47,669 nucleotides of DNA from Bacteroidales bacterium (lineage in GTDB: Bacteria > Bacteroidota > Bacteroidia > Bacteroidales > WCHB1-69). The position numbers and the translations under genes were made by a program. Numbering within the stretch: the first letter of the stretch is position 1; each line of letters begins with the position of its first letter. Below are positions 45,007-47,669 of this stretch, in pieces. The stretch lies in the NCBI GenBank assembly GCA_017633495.1, contig JAGBPE010000112.1, positions 1-47,669 on the forward strand. Reading direction: 5' to 3'. The notes under the pieces were generated by a model. That model saw only the letters and a program-made list of their open reading frames with translations. It did no database searches and was not told the DNA's origin.

Positions 45007-46629
45007 CTATTTTTTCGGAATCTTCAGTTTCTGCCCGATTTTGAGGGCATCCTTGTTGGCAAGGTTGTTATATTCGGCAATGTCGTTGGGGGTAGTGTTG
45101 TAACGTCTTGCGATAGAATAGAGCGTATCGCCCTGACGGATGGTGTAGGAGGTGTAATCCAGTTGTTGCTGCACCGGATTGATTTCGGGTTGCGGTTTGG
45201 CTGGAGCAGGTCCGCCAATAGTATCGCTATTTGTTGATACAGAATCCTTTGCATTTCCGCAAATCAATTTTGTACTGTCTTGTGCCACCGGTTTTGCATT
45301 AGGATTCGGAACCATCACAGTCGTCCCTTTCTTCACGAGCAATCTCTGTCCCACGCGAAGATTGGTGCTTTTCAAGTGGTTCAGTGACTTGATACTGTTG
45401 ACAGAAGTCTGGTATTTGGCTGCGATTTTCCCCAGAGTCTCGCCTTTTTTCACGACGTGGTACTTGTTGGGGGTCTTCTCTACAATCATCATGCCGTCTT
45501 CAGTAACTGTACCGGTGGCCGCCACCTGATTCAGGTTCTTTGTCGGATTGAAATAGGTGTCGTAATTGTAGTTCGGAATCGAATCCGCCAACGCGATATA
45601 TCTCAGCAGGTCGTTGGAGCGCAAGCGAACCGGCATAGGTTGGTTGAAAGCCGGAATGATGTCTTTCTTGTATTGCGGATTGAGGGATTTAATCTCATCA
45701 TAACTGATATTCAACACGTTGGCGATTTGCTGGAAATGCGTCTCCTTGTTGATCATGATGGTGTCCACATCCAAGGGGATGGAGATTTGGGCCGGCTGAA
45801 TGCCGTAAAGATTGTGGTAAGTCATCATGTACATTGCGCCAATGAAAGCGGGGAAGTAGTTTTGGGTCTCACGAGGCAGGTAAGGATAGACACCCCAAAA
45901 GTCGGTTTTGCCGCCGGAACGCTGGATGGCTTTGCGCACGTTACCTGCACCACAGTTGTATGCAGAAATCGCTAATCCCCAGTCACCAAAGATGTTATAG
46001 AGGTCGCGGAAGTGTCGGGCAGCTGCATCGGTAGCCTTATAGGGATCGCGGCGATCGTCCACATAGGAGGTGACCTCCAGATTGTAGAGCTTTCCAGTGC
46101 CATACATAAACTGCCAGATACCTGTGGCACCCGCTTTTGAAACAGCCGTTGGGTTCAGCGCTGATTCAATGATGGTAATGTATACCAGCTCTTCAGGCAA
46201 ATCGTACTTGTCGAAAATAGCTTTCATCCACGGGTAGTAATATTGTGCCAGACCTAAAATCACGGACGAACTGCGCTGACGCTGAACGGAATAGAGTTCT
46301 ATGAAACGCTTAACTTTGTCATTATAAGCCACTTGTATGGGGGTGTGGATGTCACACAAGCGTTTGAACATCAGAGAATCGTTATGATCGAATTTGGTGG
46401 TGTCGTCTGTTAATTTGGATAGAACCGAGTTTTGGGATGCGAGGTCTCGCTTTATATACCAGACATTCAACAGTGAATCCATCAAGCGAATCTCGTTGCG
46501 TGTGAATATCTCCAAACTCTCCTGTGCGGCTTGCTTTGATGCAGAGTCCTGCGCAACAACATCTGTCTGCGCACCTAAGCTCCACGCAAAACCACACAAC
46601 AGGGACAATATCAATATTTTTAATCGCAT
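45007..46629 (-). CDS. Lytic murein transglycosylase with LysM repeats (MltD-like)
   Basis: SLT motif ESALNPTAVSKAGATGIWQFM plus at least two C-terminal LysM domains (YHVVKKGETLGKIAAKY.., YTIRQGDTLYSIARRY..). Confidence 0.88.
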   Translation of the reverse strand: MRLKILILSLLCGFAWSLGAQTDVVAQDSASKQAAQESLEIFTRNEIRLMDSLLNVWYIKRDLASQNSVLSKLTDDTTKFDHNDSLMFKRLCDIHTPIQVAYNDKVKRFIELYSVQRQRSSSVILGLAQYYYPWMKAIFDKYDLPEELVYITIIESALNPTAVSKAGATGIWQFMYGTGKLYNLEVTSYVDDRRDPYKATDAAARHFRDLYNIFGDWGLAISAYNCGAGNVRKAIQRSGGKTDFWGVYPYLPRETQNYFPAFIGAMYMMTYHNLYGIQPAQISIPLDVDTIMINKETHFQQIANVLNISYDEIKSLNPQYKKDIIPAFNQPMPVRLRSNDLLRYIALADSIPNYNYDTYFNPTKNLNQVAATGTVTEDGMMIVEKTPNKYHVVKKGETLGKIAAKYQTSVNSIKSLNHLKSTNLRVGQRLLVKKGTTVMVPNPNAKPVAQDSTKLICGNAKDSVSTNSDTIGGPAPAKPQPEINPVQQQLDYTSYTIRQGDTLYSIARRYNTTPNDIAEYNNLANKDALKIGQKLKIPKK

Positions 46630-46738
46630 ATTTTCTAATTATAAAACACTAAAAATCAAGACATTAAATATTCTTGATACCAAAAAATCCGAATCCAAAA
46701 TACTTTAAAATAAGCAAATGGATTCAAAATTGAGGCCA

Positions 46739-46746
46739 CAAAAATA
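46739..46746 (-). promoter_or_regulatory. -7 box TATTTTTG for the MltD-like gene
   Basis: Lies 110 nt upstream of the ATG at 46629. Confidence 0.35.
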
Positions 46747-46766
46747 CGATTTTTTTAACGCAGACC

Positions 46767-47669
46767 TCAATATTTTATTGTATAATTATTCCACTTTATT
46801 TCCTTACCTCCTAAGAATAAGGTAGTTATGGATAAATTTCCTTCTTCGTCGTATAATTGCCAAGCGCCTTCTTGCAAGCCATTCTCATATTTTCCAGTGA
46901 GGCGAATATTGCCGTTCTCCCAATACAGAACATATTTGCCGTCCAACACATCGTCTGTATATTGGATTTCGGAGGCGATTTTGCCGCTTTCGAACCATGA
47001 TTTCCAAGTGCCAGCTCTCAGACCGCCTTCATAACGTCCTGTCTCTATGGCGGTTCCATTTCTGTATTTCCAGACACCCTCTTCATAGCCTGCCGTATAT
47101 TGTCCTTCGGTGATGGGATTGCCCTCTTCGTCATATTCCACATAACGGCCATCCAATTCGCCATCCTCGTAGTTGGCCACGGTCATCGTGTCGCCAGAAG
47201 GATAGAACCAGAACCATTCGCCGATTTTCTCTCCTTTGCTATTGTAACTACCTGTAATCTCGATAGTTTTGTCTGGGAAATAAAAGTTCCATTCGCCAAT
47301 CGGTTTGGAGTTCTTGTACTTGCCCTTGGAACGCAATTCGCCGGTAGGATAGTACTCTTTCCACAAACCCTGTCGCAAGCCGTTTAGGTCGGTGATGCCT
47401 TCGTAACGGAGCCATCCGTCCTCGTACAAGTAACCGTTGGTGATTTTGCCAGTGGAGTCAAAGTCGCGGCGCACCCCGTCGGGACGGCCGTTATAGTAGG
47501 TGGCGGCAATGGCCACCTGTCCGTTTGAGTGATAGGTCTGTCGTCGCTCCATTTGCTTGGTCTCCTTGGCATCCTTCACCAATTGGTCGTTTTCGTATTT
47601 CTCCACGTAGAGAAACTCGCCGTTTTCATCGTAATATTTGAAGAACCCGTGCTTTTTGTCGTTGAGATA
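46767..47669 (-). CDS. MORN-repeat / YwqK-family protein; partial, 5' end probably beyond the window
   Basis: Repeated G.W..YY.NG/..G.Y.E units. The reading frame stays open to the window edge (..YLNDKKHGFFKYYDENGEFLYVEKYEN..). The track start at 47606 is a GTG. Confidence 0.75.
   Translation of the reverse strand, partial: YLNDKKHGFFKYYDENGEFLYVEKYENDQLVKDAKETKQMERRQTYHSNGQVAIAATYYNGRPDGVRRDFDSTGKITNGYLYEDGWLRYEGITDLNGLRQGLWKEYYPTGELRSKGKYKNSKPIGEWNFYFPDKTIEITGSYNSKGEKIGEWFWFYPSGDTMTVANYEDGELDGRYVEYDEEGNPITEGQYTAGYEEGVWKYRNGTAIETGRYEGGLRAGTWKSWFESGKIASEIQYTDDVLDGKYVLYWENGNIRLTGKYENGLQEGAWQLYDEEGNLSITTLFLGGKEIKWNNYTIKY

Noticed and set aside
46767-47669. The YwqK/MORN-repeat protein as part of a toxin-antitoxin or defence module.
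   Set aside because: No toxin-like or nuclease partner lies adjacent in the window. MORN/YwqK repeat proteins are common stand-alone genes in Bacteroidota.
1-47669. Search for tRNA, rRNA, tmRNA, integrase, transposase, phage or known defence-system genes.
   Set aside because: No intergenic region longer than 100 bp has tRNA-like GC-rich cloverleaf potential. No ORF shows recombinase, transposase, RT, Cas or restriction-modification motifs. I conclude that none is present, within the limits of inspection by eye.

Overview
This looks like a Bacteroidota chromosomal segment, probably Prevotella/Bacteroides-like. The evidence is TAnnTTTG-type promoter boxes, a T9SS C-terminal sorting domain, lipoprotein-rich exported proteins and HU. 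Coding density is about 90%, and most genes are housekeeping. They include an RND efflux operon (MFP-pump-OMF), sppA, typA, rluD, ispE, metK, fabD, ribH, fmt, HU, a TrmH-family methylase, dxs, an LptF/G permease, ruvC, corA and an MltD-like transglycosylase. One compact accessory-looking glycan module sits at 32.7-39.5 kb: an opine-dehydrogenase-family enzyme, a Wzx flippase, a TupA-like ATP-grasp, a Wzy-like/GT4 fusion and a GT2. I found no rRNA, tRNA, CRISPR, transposase, integrase, phage genes or recognisable defence system. Three signals are not explained by ordinary annotation. (1) A dispersed family of five 28-bp perfect or near-perfect palindromes (GTAGAGACG..CGTCTCTAC, with two core subtypes); one lies in-frame inside dxs and one supplies the ruvC stop codon. 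(2) A recurrent class of 7-8-bp-period tandem repeats that start at, or include, the stop codon of seven genes and fill the spacer to the next co-directional gene. (3) An 18-bp perfect inverted repeat, built from those heptads, that brackets the Wzy-like/GT4 fusion gene. All functional readings of these are inference from sequence only.
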